Notes: generated by a model not told the origin, from the sequence alone. A DNA stretch of 62,675 bases from Acidobacteriota bacterium (GCA_036507075.1 DASXQR010000105.1:1-62675); one strand, 5' to 3'; counted from the stretch's first letter, positions 19,461-29,303 are shown. Numbers and translations are program-made.

Positions 19461-19663
19461 GGATTGAGGGATTGAGGGACTGAGGGATGGAGGGACTGAG
19501 GGATGGAGGGACTGAGGGATGGAGGGATTGAGGGATTGTCGCTCGTTCCCCTGCTTCTTCATTCCCCCACTTTCCACTCTCACTTACGCTCTACATCCCT
19601 CCATCCCTCCATCCCTCTATCCCTCAATCCCTCGATCCCTCCATCCCTCAATCCTCAGTCCCT
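19461..19663. repeat. Octamer (GAGGGAYK) palindrome
   Basis: About 9 units at 19461-19538 and about 8 complementary units at 19594-19663. Confidence 0.93.
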
Positions 19664-19722
19664 ATGGCGCGCTTTATGGTAAGAATAGTGCCATCTGAAA
19701 TTACCCGGAACCGACAATTGGC

Positions 19723-22326
19723 ATGAAACGCATCCATATCCTCTACGCCTGTCTGGCTGCGGTATTTGTCGTGGCCGCCTTATACCAGACCCGCCTCACA
19801 ATTGACGTGGCCCGGCACTTACTGGACCCTTCGGCCTTTCCACGCATGCCGTTCGCATTGGAGCCGATGGGCGGCACGGTAGCCCGGATTACACCGGAAG
19901 GGAAAGCGGGCGGTCTGCAGAAGAATGATGTGATTGTGACCATCAATGGCAGAAACTTGACCGGTTACAGCGCGCTTGCCGACGCTCTCACGCCGGCGCG
20001 TCCGGGAGAAAGACTTCAGCTTGAAGTGCGCCGCCGGGCACCCGACGGCCAGTGGATTCAAAAGTCCGTCGCGTTTTCACTCGTCCCCCCGGACCGCGCG
20101 CCGCGCAGTTGGACGGCAAACGCGGTGACGGTGGTTTTGGCAATCGTCATGCCATGGTTCTGTCTGGCGCTGGGTTTCTGGGTGGTGCTGGTGCGCCCGC
20201 GAGATCCTCTTGCCTGGATCGTGCTGGGATTGATGATCAGCTTCGGCCAGATCGGCACCGAAATGCTGAATCCGCGGGTCACCGGGATCACGCGCGAGCT
20301 GGCCCTTGCTTATCACAAGGTATTTGGCTCCGCGTGGCCGCTCTGGATGTTGCTGTTCGGCTTGTATTTTCCGGAAAGACTCATTTTCGACCGCCGCTGG
20401 CCGTGGGTGAAATGGATTTTGATTGCTCCTCTGATTTTCTTCATCATCGCGGACGTGGTGATTACGATTGTGAGTACCGAAAGTTTCTCGGCGGCAGCAC
20501 CCATCAGTCGCGTCATTGACCCATACAGCAGGCTTGGATTCATTATCGGATTGGTTTCCGTGGGCTGTTTCTTTGCAAGCCTGCACACCAAAGTCGGCAT
20601 GGCATCCACCCCCGATGGATGCCGTCGCCTGAAGGTCTTGCTCATGGGCACGCATTTCAGCCTGGCTCCAATGTTCGTGCTGGTGATGTGGGGTCTGTTT
20701 CGAAACGCTGGTCCCGGAGAAGGCGTGCCGCCCTGGATTTTTATTTTCGCGCTGCTGTTTTTCTCGATTTTCCCCCTGACTCTGGCATACGTGATTGTGG
20801 TGCAGCGGGCGCTGGACGTGCGGATGGTGTTGCGCCAGGGCGTTCGCTACGCGATCGCGAAGGGAGGGGTGAGATTACTGCGGATTGGCGCCAGCGTGGC
20901 CGTGGCGGCCGCAATCATTTCCCTTGTCCAATCCAACGCGAACTGGGCCGCGAAAATCGCTGTCATTGGAGCCGGCTGGGGATTGATTACAGTCACACGA
21001 GAGGGGGCCGAGCGCCTGGCAATCTGGACGGACAGGCGATTTTTTCGCGAGGCCTATAACGCCGAGCAGATTCTCTCAGACTTGGGCGAGAAGGTACGGA
21101 CCATCGTTGAAACCGGCCCCCTGCTGGAGACGGTCGCAGCGCGGATTTCCGAGTCGCTGCATGTGCCTCAGATCGCCATGATATTGCGGCAGGGCGATGA
21201 GTACCGGCCGGCTCATGCGCTTGGATACTCGGGCGGTTTTGACATCAACGAAGCCAGGTTTGCCGAGCAGGGCGGCACGGTTCGCTTCCTTCGGGAAACG
21301 CGCCAGCCGGCGCGCGTTTATTTTGATGACCCGGCTTCCTGGGTATTCAAACAGCCCGGCATGGACGGGGAACGCGCCAAGCTTCAGGCGCTGGGATGCC
21401 AATTACTTCTTCCTCTTTCAGTGAAGGAGGAGCTGCTCGGTTTTGTCAGCCTCGGTGCCAAACAGTCCGAAGAACCCTATTCCAGCAGTGACGCGCGGTT
21501 GCTTCGCTCGGTTGCAACCCAGACCGGCCTGGCGCTGGAAAACAGCCGGCTCACCGAGGCTATTGCGGCCGAGGTGGCGCAGCGTGAAAGGATCAATCGC
21601 GAGCTGGAAATCGCGCGTGAAGTGCAGGAGCGGCTGTTTCCCCAGGAGCTGGAGGCTTTCCCCGGGCTGGACTATTACGGGGCGTGCCGCCCGGTATTCG
21701 GTGTGGGTGGAGACTATTATGACTTTCTAGGCCTGGCGGATGGGAATGTGGGAATCGCCATCGGGGATGTTTCCGGCAAGGGTATTTCGGCCGCCTTGCT
21801 GATGGCCAGTCTTCAGGCGTCGCTTCGAGGACAAACCATGGCAGGGGTCAGTGATCTGGCGAAATTAATGGCAAACGTGAATCGACTTGTGTACAACACT
21901 TCCGCGTCGAACCGTTACGCAACCTTCTTTTACGCCCAATATCAGCCCTCCACGGGCACCCTGGCTTATGTGAACGCCGGCCACAACTCGCCGATCCTTC
22001 TGCGTCCCTTTGGAAAGGGCTGGGAGGTAATCCGGCTGGAAGTGGGAGGGCCGGTCGTCGGTCTTCTCCCCAACGCGCCGTATCAGCAGGGCGTGGAAGT
22101 CTTGCGCCAACGGGACACCCTGCTGGCATTCACCGACGGCATCAGCGAGGCGATGAACGTCGCGGGCGAGGAATGGGGGGAAGAACGGATGATTTCTGCC
22201 GCCCAGGGATGTGCCGACCTCAGCGCGAAACAGATCGTTCGGCGCCTGATGGTGGCGGCCGACCAATTTGCCGGCGCTGCCACCCAGCACGATGACATGA
22301 CTGCAGTAGTATTGCGGATTTTGTAA
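19723..22326 (+). CDS. Membrane PDZ-TM-GAF-PP2C (SpoIIE/RsbU-like) phosphatase
   Basis: GLQKNDVIVTING (PDZ), multiple TMs, GAF-like region, VGGDYYDF, IGDVSGKG, NAGH, FTDG, HDDMT. Confidence 0.92.
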   Translation: MKRIHILYACLAAVFVVAALYQTRLTIDVARHLLDPSAFPRMPFALEPMGGTVARITPEGKAGGLQKNDVIVTINGRNLTGYSALADALTPARPGERLQLEVRRRAPDGQWIQKSVAFSLVPPDRAPRSWTANAVTVVLAIVMPWFCLALGFWVVLVRPRDPLAWIVLGLMISFGQIGTEMLNPRVTGITRELALAYHKVFGSAWPLWMLLFGLYFPERLIFDRRWPWVKWILIAPLIFFIIADVVITIVSTESFSAAAPISRVIDPYSRLGFIIGLVSVGCFFASLHTKVGMASTPDGCRRLKVLLMGTHFSLAPMFVLVMWGLFRNAGPGEGVPPWIFIFALLFFSIFPLTLAYVIVVQRALDVRMVLRQGVRYAIAKGGVRLLRIGASVAVAAAIISLVQSNANWAAKIAVIGAGWGLITVTREGAERLAIWTDRRFFREAYNAEQILSDLGEKVRTIVETGPLLETVAARISESLHVPQIAMILRQGDEYRPAHALGYSGGFDINEARFAEQGGTVRFLRETRQPARVYFDDPASWVFKQPGMDGERAKLQALGCQLLLPLSVKEELLGFVSLGAKQSEEPYSSSDARLLRSVATQTGLALENSRLTEAIAAEVAQRERINRELEIAREVQERLFPQELEAFPGLDYYGACRPVFGVGGDYYDFLGLADGNVGIAIGDVSGKGISAALLMASLQASLRGQTMAGVSDLAKLMANVNRLVYNTSASNRYATFFYAQYQPSTGTLAYVNAGHNSPILLRPFGKGWEVIRLEVGGPVVGLLPNAPYQQGVEVLRQRDTLLAFTDGISEAMNVAGEEWGEERMISAAQGCADLSAKQIVRRLMVAADQFAGAATQHDDMTAVVLRIL

Positions 22327-22344
22327 AATTTCCGAAGGCCGCCC

Positions 22345-22537
22345 GAATGCGGAATGCGGAATGCGGAATGTGGAATGCGGAATGTGGAATGTGGAATGCG
22401 GAATGTGGAATGCGGAATGTGGAATGCGGAATATGGAATGTGGAATGTGGAATGTGGAATATATTTATGTCAAGTCTGCGACGCCGAGACTTAATTATTC
22501 TTTATTCCGCATTCCGCATTCCACATTTTCCACATTC
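22345..22537. repeat. Heptamer (GGAATGY) asymmetric palindrome
   Basis: About 16 units at 22345-22460 versus about 4.5 complementary units at 22504-22537; small inner hairpin aagtct...agactt. Confidence 0.93.
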
Positions 22538-22577
22538 AGGAGGAGACGTTCGACGTGCAGAAAGGGGGTGCGGTGAT

Positions 22578-23294
22578 ATGCTGGAACAGGCAGGTGCCCT
22601 GCGGGAGCGCCTGCAGGAGTCGCGCTGTACGGTCATTTTCACAGGCGCCGGGGTTTCCGCGGAAAGCGGGGTGCCGACTTTTCGCGGCCAGGACGGCTAC
22701 TGGAAGAATTTCAGAGTTGAAGATCTTGCAACCAGGGAAGCATTCTCGAAAGATCCGAAATTTGTGTGGCAGTGGTACGATGCCCGCAGATCAGCCCTCC
22801 TGACCAAACAACCGAACTCCGCGCACAGAAAAATCGCGCACTGGGAGCAACAATTCCAAAACGTCCACGTCGTGACCCAAAACGTGGACGGCTTGCATCA
22901 GCGGGCCGGAACCAGGAACGTCTATTGCCTTCACGGAGACATATGGGACGTTCAGTGTATTCGTTGCGGGGTGTTGGTTCGAAATGATGAGGCCCCGCTC
23001 AGGCAGGTGCCTCCTACGTGCGCCTGCGGGGGCATCCAGCGACCCGGCGTAGTCTGGTTTGGGGAAATGCTGCCGGCCGATACCTGGGCGGCGGCCGAGC
23101 GACTCTGCGGTTGCGCCGATCTGATGTTTGTAGTCGGCACGTCAGCCGTTGTTTATCCGGCGGCCGGACTTCCGCTGCTGGCGGGATCGCGGGGAGCTTA
23201 TGTTGTGGAGGTAAATATCCAGCCGACCGACCTCACCCCGCATACCGATCTTTTCCTGCAGGGGAAGGCCGGCGAAGTTCTTTCACAGTTGTGA
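22578..23294 (+). CDS. cobB: NAD-dependent protein deacylase (sirtuin)
   Basis: TGAGVSAESGVPTFRG, TQNVDGLH, LHG, CxxC...CxC, RPGVVWFGE, GTSAVVYPAA. Confidence 0.93.
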   Translation: MLEQAGALRERLQESRCTVIFTGAGVSAESGVPTFRGQDGYWKNFRVEDLATREAFSKDPKFVWQWYDARRSALLTKQPNSAHRKIAHWEQQFQNVHVVTQNVDGLHQRAGTRNVYCLHGDIWDVQCIRCGVLVRNDEAPLRQVPPTCACGGIQRPGVVWFGEMLPADTWAAAERLCGCADLMFVVGTSAVVYPAAGLPLLAGSRGAYVVEVNIQPTDLTPHTDLFLQGKAGEVLSQL

Positions 23295-23321
23295 CGGATT
23301 CGGCAGAATGAGAGTTAAAGA

Positions 23322-23370
23322 GCTTGGTGTCTTGGTGGTCAAAAAAGATTGAACCACCAAGGCACCAAGC
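23322..23370. repeat. Outward-facing nonamer (ACCACCAAG) palindrome
   Basis: gcttggtgtcttggtggt ... accaccaaggcaccaagc. Confidence 0.8.
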
Positions 23371-23397
23371 CTGGCGTGTACAGCGGCAAACACAATC

Positions 23398-24588
23398 ATG
23401 ATTCTCATTTTCGATCCCTTTAACGGTATAAGCGGCGACATGACCGTCGGCGCTCTGCTGGATGCAGGATTGCCTTTCGAGCATCTGCAACAGAGCTATG
23501 CCGCTTTGAACGTTGAAGGCCTGGAGGTTGCGTTCGAATCTGTGTCGCGGGCGGGCGTGCGCGCGTCAAAATTTCGCGTTTCCTGCCGGGAACAAAAAAA
23601 ACACCGGCATTTGTCCCACATTGAAAAGATGCTGCAAGCCAGTTCCCTCCGCGCGCCGGTCGTTGAAACGGCGCTCAGAATTTTCAGGAAACTGGCCGAG
23701 GCGGAAGCTGCTGTGCATGGCACAACGATCGAGAAGGTGCATTTTCATGAAGTGGGAGCGCTTGACTCGATCGCCGACATTGTCGGGGCCGCCGTCGGAT
23801 TTGATTATTTCAAAGTGGAACGCTTTTTTACGCACCCGGTGAGCGTCGGTTTTGGCATGGTGAAGTGCGAGCACGGCCTGCTGCCGGTACCGCCTCCGGC
23901 AACGGCGCTGCTGCTGAGGAAAATCCCTACATACGCCGGAACGGTTGAGAGCGAAATGACTACTCCCACCGGAGCAGCGATACTGGCGGCTCTGGCTGAG
24001 CCGATGCCGGCCGGGGTCGCCGTGCGAAAGGAAAAGATCGGCTACGGGGCGGGGGACAGAGATTTTCCAGGCACACCGAACGTGCTGCGGATCTTTCTTT
24101 CGCAGTGCCAGCAGTTGCCGGCGGCGCATGAGATTGTTGAGCTGCACACTAATATTGACGACATGAATCCCGAGCTTTATGGTCCGCTTCTGAATCGGCT
24201 GCTCGGGGCCGGGGCGCTAGATGTGTTTTACCAGCCGGCGATGATGAAGAACGGTCGCCCCGGAACCCTGGTGACCGTTCTTTGCGAGGCTGCACGGCGA
24301 GAAGAGTTGGTCGGAATTCTGTTTCGTGAAACGACTACTCTTGGTATCCGCTATCACGTGCGGCAGCGCGAAGTGCTTAACCGCCGCCTGGTGCCGGTAA
24401 ATACAGCTTACGGAACGGTGCGTGTCAAGGTGGCCGACTTTGGCAATGAGATCTTCAAATTTGCCCCGGAATTCGAGGACTGCCGAAAAATCGCCGAAGC
24501 GACCGGTGTCCCCGTCAGACAGGTCTATGATGCAGCAATGGCGGCGTATTGGGACCAGGCTGGATTGCAGGCAGGGACGAAATCGTGA
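23398..24588 (+). CDS. larC: Nickel pincer nucleotide cofactor Ni-insertion protein
   Basis: GISGDM, AEAAVHG...VHFHEVGALDSIADIVG, PVPPPAT, EMTTPTGAA, NIDD, ETTTLGIR, PEFEDC. Confidence 0.93.
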   Translation: MILIFDPFNGISGDMTVGALLDAGLPFEHLQQSYAALNVEGLEVAFESVSRAGVRASKFRVSCREQKKHRHLSHIEKMLQASSLRAPVVETALRIFRKLAEAEAAVHGTTIEKVHFHEVGALDSIADIVGAAVGFDYFKVERFFTHPVSVGFGMVKCEHGLLPVPPPATALLLRKIPTYAGTVESEMTTPTGAAILAALAEPMPAGVAVRKEKIGYGAGDRDFPGTPNVLRIFLSQCQQLPAAHEIVELHTNIDDMNPELYGPLLNRLLGAGALDVFYQPAMMKNGRPGTLVTVLCEAARREELVGILFRETTTLGIRYHVRQREVLNRRLVPVNTAYGTVRVKVADFGNEIFKFAPEFEDCRKIAEATGVPVRQVYDAAMAAYWDQAGLQAGTKS

Positions 24589-24605
24589 AGAGAAACTGAA
24601 ACAAA

Positions 24606-26504
24606 ATGTCTAAGCCGTACTACATCACCACTCCAATTTATTACGTCAATGACAAGCCCCACCTGGGCCACACCTATACGACCGTTCTGGCCGACTCGCT
24701 GGCGCGCTATCGGCGCTATCACGGAGATGATGTGTGTTTGCTGACCGGAACGGACGAACATGGGCTCAAGATGCAGCGCACCGCTCAGGAGCAGGGCCTG
24801 AGCGTGCAGGAGTTGGTTGACAGGAACTCGGTGGAGTGGAAAAAGACCTGGAAGACGCTTGGCATCCGATTCGACGAATTCATCCGCACCACAGAATCCA
24901 GACACCAAAAAGCGCTGGATGAGATTTCACGCCGCGTGCGGGAAAATGGATACTTCTACAAAGGATCGTACAGCGGCTGGTACTGCGTTAAGTGCGAGGC
25001 ATATGCCGGTGAGGGGGAAGGACCGCTGAACTGTCCAATATGCGGCCGCCCCACCGAGCATGTTACCGAAGAGAGCTACTTTTTCAAGCTTTCGGCCTTT
25101 CAGGAAAAACTGCTGCGCCTGTACCGCGAACGGCCTGACTTTGTCGTGCCTCAGTCGCGGCTGAACGAAATTGTAAGCTTTGTAAGCGGCGGTTTGAAGG
25201 ATGTCAGTTTTACGCGCACATCGTTCAAATGGGGCTTTCCAGCCGAATTTGATCCCAGCCACGTCGTTTATGTCTGGTTTGACGCTCTCACTTCGTATAT
25301 TTCGGGCATTGGATTTGGAAGCGATCCGAATCGCTTCGGGAAATACTGGCCGGCGCGCCTGCATGTTATCGGCAAGGACATCGTGAGGTTCCATGCGGTT
25401 TATTGGCCGGCATTTCTGATGGCGGCCGGCCTGGAGATCCCGCGCCAGATTCTTTCGCATGGATGGCTGCTGTCACAGGACGAGAAGATGTCCAAGTCGC
25501 GGGGCAATTTTGTCGATCCGCTTCTCTTCCAGAAGTCTTTCGCGGTGGACTCGCTCAAATACTTCCTGCTGCGCGAGGTTCCAGTGGGAGCGGATATGAA
25601 CTTTACGTTTGACGGTCTGCTGCAAAGGATCAACAGTGACCTAGCAAACGATCTGGGCAATCTTGTCAGTCGCAGCCTGAAAATGGTGGAGAGCTACTGC
25701 GGCGGCAAGGTTCCATCCGGCGGCGGGGTGGAACCCGAACTGGAATCACAGTTCAACAGGACTGTTGAGAATTTCCATCGCCAATTTGAGAGCTATAACC
25801 TGAATCGAGCGCTGGAAGGGGTGTGGGAATTCATTTCCGCGGCCAACCGCTACATTGTGGCAAACGAGCCTTGGAAGCTCGCCAAAGATCCGGCGCGCAG
25901 GGCGGAGCTTGAAAAAGTAATGGTGAACTCGGTGGAAGTGTTGCGCCTGTTGGCGCTGCTGCTGCGCCCCATGCTGCCCGAGACGGCGGGGGAGATCTGG
26001 AAATCGCTGGGAATTTCCTCTTCTTTGGATTCCATAACCTGGGATCGCGTGCGCTGGGGTGAATTTCCCGGCGGCGCCTCCATCGGCCCCGTCAAGCAGA
26101 TCTTTCCCAGAATAGACAAGGATGTGTTCATGGAGAAAACTCTTCCGCCACAGCCCACCGAGCGGCAACTCACGGGGGACAACAAGATCACGCTCGATGA
26201 TTTCGCCCGGGTGGATTTGCGCGTAGGCCGAATCCTGCAGGCCGAAAGAGTTCCTAAATCGGAAAAGCTCCTGAAACTGGAGGTCGATATCGGGTCTGAA
26301 AGGCGGCAGGTGGTTGCCGGCATCGGCAAAAAGTATGCGCCCGAGGACCTGCTCGGCAAAAGGATCATTCTGGTCGCAAATCTCAAGCCTGCAACGCTGA
26401 TGGGGATCGAGTCGAATGGTATGGTGCTGGCTGCCACCGAGCAGGAAACTCCGATCCTGGCGACATTTATGGAAGAAGTTTCCCCCGGCTCCAAATTGAA
26501 ATAG
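24606..26504 (+). CDS. metG: Methionine--tRNA ligase with C-terminal tRNA-binding domain
   Basis: ITTPIYYVN..PHLGH, GTDEHG, KMSKS, C-terminal OB-fold (DLRVGRI...NLKP...ESNGM). Confidence 0.97.
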   Translation: MSKPYYITTPIYYVNDKPHLGHTYTTVLADSLARYRRYHGDDVCLLTGTDEHGLKMQRTAQEQGLSVQELVDRNSVEWKKTWKTLGIRFDEFIRTTESRHQKALDEISRRVRENGYFYKGSYSGWYCVKCEAYAGEGEGPLNCPICGRPTEHVTEESYFFKLSAFQEKLLRLYRERPDFVVPQSRLNEIVSFVSGGLKDVSFTRTSFKWGFPAEFDPSHVVYVWFDALTSYISGIGFGSDPNRFGKYWPARLHVIGKDIVRFHAVYWPAFLMAAGLEIPRQILSHGWLLSQDEKMSKSRGNFVDPLLFQKSFAVDSLKYFLLREVPVGADMNFTFDGLLQRINSDLANDLGNLVSRSLKMVESYCGGKVPSGGGVEPELESQFNRTVENFHRQFESYNLNRALEGVWEFISAANRYIVANEPWKLAKDPARRAELEKVMVNSVEVLRLLALLLRPMLPETAGEIWKSLGISSSLDSITWDRVRWGEFPGGASIGPVKQIFPRIDKDVFMEKTLPPQPTERQLTGDNKITLDDFARVDLRVGRILQAERVPKSEKLLKLEVDIGSERRQVVAGIGKKYAPEDLLGKRIILVANLKPATLMGIESNGMVLAATEQETPILATFMEEVSPGSKLK

Positions 26505-26509
26505 CCGCG

Positions 26510-27322
26510 ATGCTGATCGATTCCCATTGCCATATCGAGACTGAAGATTTCGACGCGGACCGGGATGATGTGATTCACAGGGCGCAGGCCGAGGGTGTTG
26601 ACAGAATCCTCTGCATTGGCACGGGGGACTGGAACCGGCGCTCAGTGTCCCGCGCCGTGCAGTTGGCCGAGAATTTCGATTGTGTGGACACAACCACCGG
26701 GATTCATCCCCACGACGCGGAGTTTTACGATGAGCATGTGGAGAAATTCGTGCTGCAATTCGCCAGCCATCACAAGGTGATCGGGTGGGGAGAGATCGGT
26801 TTGGACTACACCTATATGCATGCTGCCGCCGAAAAGCAGCGCCTGGTGTTTAGGCGGCAAATGGAGCTGGCCCGGGATGCCGGCCTTCCGGTGATCATTC
26901 ATTCGCGCGAAGCGGGGCGCGACACCGTATCCGTACTGGAGCAGTCTCCTCGTCTTGATCCGGCGGGAGTGATGCATTGTTTCGGCGGCGATTGGGAGAT
27001 GGCTGGCCGCTGCATGGATCTGGGATTTCTGATCTCATTTGCCGGCAACGTGACCTTCAAAAATGCCCGGGATCTGCAGGAAGTAGCGCGCAAGGTGCCC
27101 CTGGATCGGTTGTTGGTAGAGACCGATTCTCCGTTTCTGGCCCCGGTTCCGGTCCGCGGCAGGCGCAACGAGCCTGCGCATGTGAAACACGTGGCGCGGT
27201 TTTTGGCTGATTTGAGAGACGAGCCGCTGGAGAGAATCGAGAATCAGACGACGAAGAATTTTTACCGTCTGTTCAAAGCGGCCGTCTCAAATGCGGATTT
27301 CGGAATGCGGAATGCGGAATAG
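26510..27322 (+). CDS. tatD: TatD family deoxyribonuclease
   Basis: IDSHCH, GIHPH, GEIGLDY, IIHSRE, HCF, ETDSPFLAP, RNEP; C-terminal NADFGMRNAE is repeat-encoded. Confidence 0.93.
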   Translation: MLIDSHCHIETEDFDADRDDVIHRAQAEGVDRILCIGTGDWNRRSVSRAVQLAENFDCVDTTTGIHPHDAEFYDEHVEKFVLQFASHHKVIGWGEIGLDYTYMHAAAEKQRLVFRRQMELARDAGLPVIIHSREAGRDTVSVLEQSPRLDPAGVMHCFGGDWEMAGRCMDLGFLISFAGNVTFKNARDLQEVARKVPLDRLLVETDSPFLAPVPVRGRRNEPAHVKHVARFLADLRDEPLERIENQTTKNFYRLFKAAVSNADFGMRNAE

Positions 27323-27354
27323 GAGATTGCCGAATCCGCATTCCGCATTCCGAA
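27290..27354. repeat. Heptamer (GGAATGC) palindrome overlapping the tatD 3' end
   Basis: aatgcggatttcggaatgcggaatgcggaat ... aatccgcattccgcattccgaa. Confidence 0.88.
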
Positions 27355-27364
27355 GGGGTAAATT

Positions 27365-27862
27365 ATGAGTGGCAAGAACTCATTCGATATTGTCTGCAAG
27401 ATTGATCATCAGGAAGTGTTAAATGCGGTGCAGCAGGCGATGAAGGAAATCAAGACCCGGTTTGATTTCAAAGGGTCTGCCAGCGACATTCAATTGCAGG
27501 GAGAAGAGTTGCTGCTTGTGTCCGATGATGAATACAAAATGAAAAGTGTGGTCGACATCCTGCAGCAGAAACTGGTGAAGCGTCACGTGCCGCTGAACGG
27601 ACTGACCTACGGGAAAGCGGAGGACGCCGCGGGGGGAACAATACGGCAGAAAATCACGCTGCAGCAGGGAATTCCCACCGAAAAAGCCAAGGCCATCGTA
27701 AAGGAAATCAAGGATTCCAAGCTCAAAGTGCAGGCGGCGATCATGGGAGATTATGTCCGCGTTTCGGGCCAGTCGCGTGACATGCTTCAGGACGTGATCG
27801 GGATGCTGAAGTCCAAAGATTTTGGAATCCATATGGAGTTCACGAATTACCGAACACAGTAA
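27365..27862 (+). CDS. yajQ: YajQ family nucleotide/c-di-GMP-binding protein
   Basis: SFDIV, RFDFKG, LQQGI, KLKVQAAI.GD.VRV.G..RD.LQ, F.NYR. Confidence 0.95.
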   Translation: MSGKNSFDIVCKIDHQEVLNAVQQAMKEIKTRFDFKGSASDIQLQGEELLLVSDDEYKMKSVVDILQQKLVKRHVPLNGLTYGKAEDAAGGTIRQKITLQQGIPTEKAKAIVKEIKDSKLKVQAAIMGDYVRVSGQSRDMLQDVIGMLKSKDFGIHMEFTNYRTQ

Positions 27863-27868
27863 AAATAG

Positions 27869-28220
27869 GGTCGAAAGTCTGAAAGTCGAAAGTCGAAAGT
27901 CGAAAGTCGAAGGTCGGATCACCGCTGCCATCAGTACCGCAACCGCAAGCCTGGATCAGTCACAAATCTTCACCGCAAAGAACGCAAAGAGCGCCAAGCT
28001 AGCGCGGGGTGACAGCCTGGAGCTCAAAGCATGAAGACCAACGCAAAAAAACGACACGCAATCTTTATTGGACTTCATGCTTTGAGCTCCAGGCTGTCAC
28101 CCCGCGCTGGCCTTAGCGTTCTTGGCGCTCTTCGCGGTTAATGTTTTTGAATAATCCGGGCTTGCGGTTGCGGTACTGATGGCAGCGGTGATCCGACCTT
28201 CGACTTTGGATTTTCAGACC
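27869..28220. repeat. Four-layer nested palindrome (~350 bp)
   Basis: GTCGAAA arrays; perfect 49-bp IR 27903-27951 / 28159-28207; nonamer arms 27971-27998 / 28112-28139; perfect 36-bp IR 28001-28036 / 28073-28108. Confidence 0.95.
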
Positions 28221-28241
28221 CTCAGCTTGTATGATATCGAC

Positions 28242-29255
28242 GTGAAAGATCACACCGCCCGATCTTTGGAAGCTCCGTTTTCCAGTCCCCAGGAAATTTA
28301 CCGGCTGATCACTCCGGAAATGGAGCAGGTCGAGATCGAGCTTTTGCGTCTCTCGGCTTCCAGCGTTTCTCTGGTAGATCACATCAACCGGTACCTGCAC
28401 AATAGCGGCGGAAAGCGCATCCGGCCGGCCGTGCTGCTCCTGTGCGCGAAAATGTGCGGCTGTTCCGGGTCGGAAGCGGTGCGCCTGGGAAGCGTGGTGG
28501 AATTGATTCATACCGCGACTCTGGTGCACGACGACATCATCGACGATTCCAAGGTTCGCCGGGGCCGGTCGTCCGTGAATGCAAAGTGGGGCAACAACGT
28601 CACCGTTTTAATGGGTGATTGGCTCTATATGACGGCGTTTTACATTGCCCTGGAAGAACGAAGTTTCCGCGTCCTGGATCTGCTTATTGACATAACCCGC
28701 AAGATGGTGGAAGGCGAGTTGGTTCAACTGGAAAGGAACGGACGAATTGATATCACAGAACAGGAACACCTCGATGTGGTAAGTAAAAAGACGGCCTACC
28801 TTTTCTCGGGCTGCGCGCGTCTGGGGGGAATGGCGGCGGGTGTTCAGCCCACTGAAGAAGAGGCGTTGGCCGAATACGGGTTCAATCTGGGCATGTCGTT
28901 CCAGTTGATTGACGACATGCTGGACTTTACCTCCAGCCAGGCTGTGCTGGGCAAGCCGGTAGTTAACGATTTAAAGGAGGGCAAGCTGACGCTTCCCTTG
29001 ATTTATCTTATGAAAGATGCGGATCCAAAATATGCCGCCAAAGTAAAGTCGCTGCTGGGATCTTTGACAATGGACCCGGGAGACGTTGAAACTCTGCTGC
29101 AGTGGGTCCATGAAGGCGGCACCCTGGAGCGTTCTTTCAGAAAAGCCGCGGATTATGCCGAGAATGCCAGGCGCTGCCTGGAATGCTTCGCCGAATCGTC
29201 TTACCGCCAGGCATTGCTTCAAGTACCGGAATTCATTGTTTCGCGGGAGAAGTAA
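28242..29255 (+). CDS. Polyprenyl diphosphate synthase (IspB-like)
   Basis: GGKRIRP, ELIHTATLVHDDIIDD, RRG, KTA, FQLIDDMLD, GKP..NDLKEGKLTLP; GTG start inferred. Confidence 0.93.
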   Translation: MKDHTARSLEAPFSSPQEIYRLITPEMEQVEIELLRLSASSVSLVDHINRYLHNSGGKRIRPAVLLLCAKMCGCSGSEAVRLGSVVELIHTATLVHDDIIDDSKVRRGRSSVNAKWGNNVTVLMGDWLYMTAFYIALEERSFRVLDLLIDITRKMVEGELVQLERNGRIDITEQEHLDVVSKKTAYLFSGCARLGGMAAGVQPTEEEALAEYGFNLGMSFQLIDDMLDFTSSQAVLGKPVVNDLKEGKLTLPLIYLMKDADPKYAAKVKSLLGSLTMDPGDVETLLQWVHEGGTLERSFRKAADYAENARRCLECFAESSYRQALLQVPEFIVSREK

Positions 29256-29303
29256 GATCATCACCGGTGGCGTCGCTTCTGAACCCGACGAGATATTCGA
29301 TAT

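Noticed and set aside
18364..19467. Long antisense ORFs (also 25746-26693, 34739-35668, 42283-43434, 54382-55383, 59052-60155)
   Set aside because: They overlap well-supported genes on the opposite strand and lack motifs; expected in GC-rich DNA.
22347..22577. N-terminal extension of the cobB ORF (MRNAECGMWNAECG...)
   Set aside because: Translation of the GGAATGY heptamer array; the sirtuin domain starts near ATG 22578.
28179..28241. ORF start MAAVIRPST... and mirror ORF 27419-27931 (-)
   Set aside because: Both begin in the two arms of the same inverted repeat, so they are artefacts.
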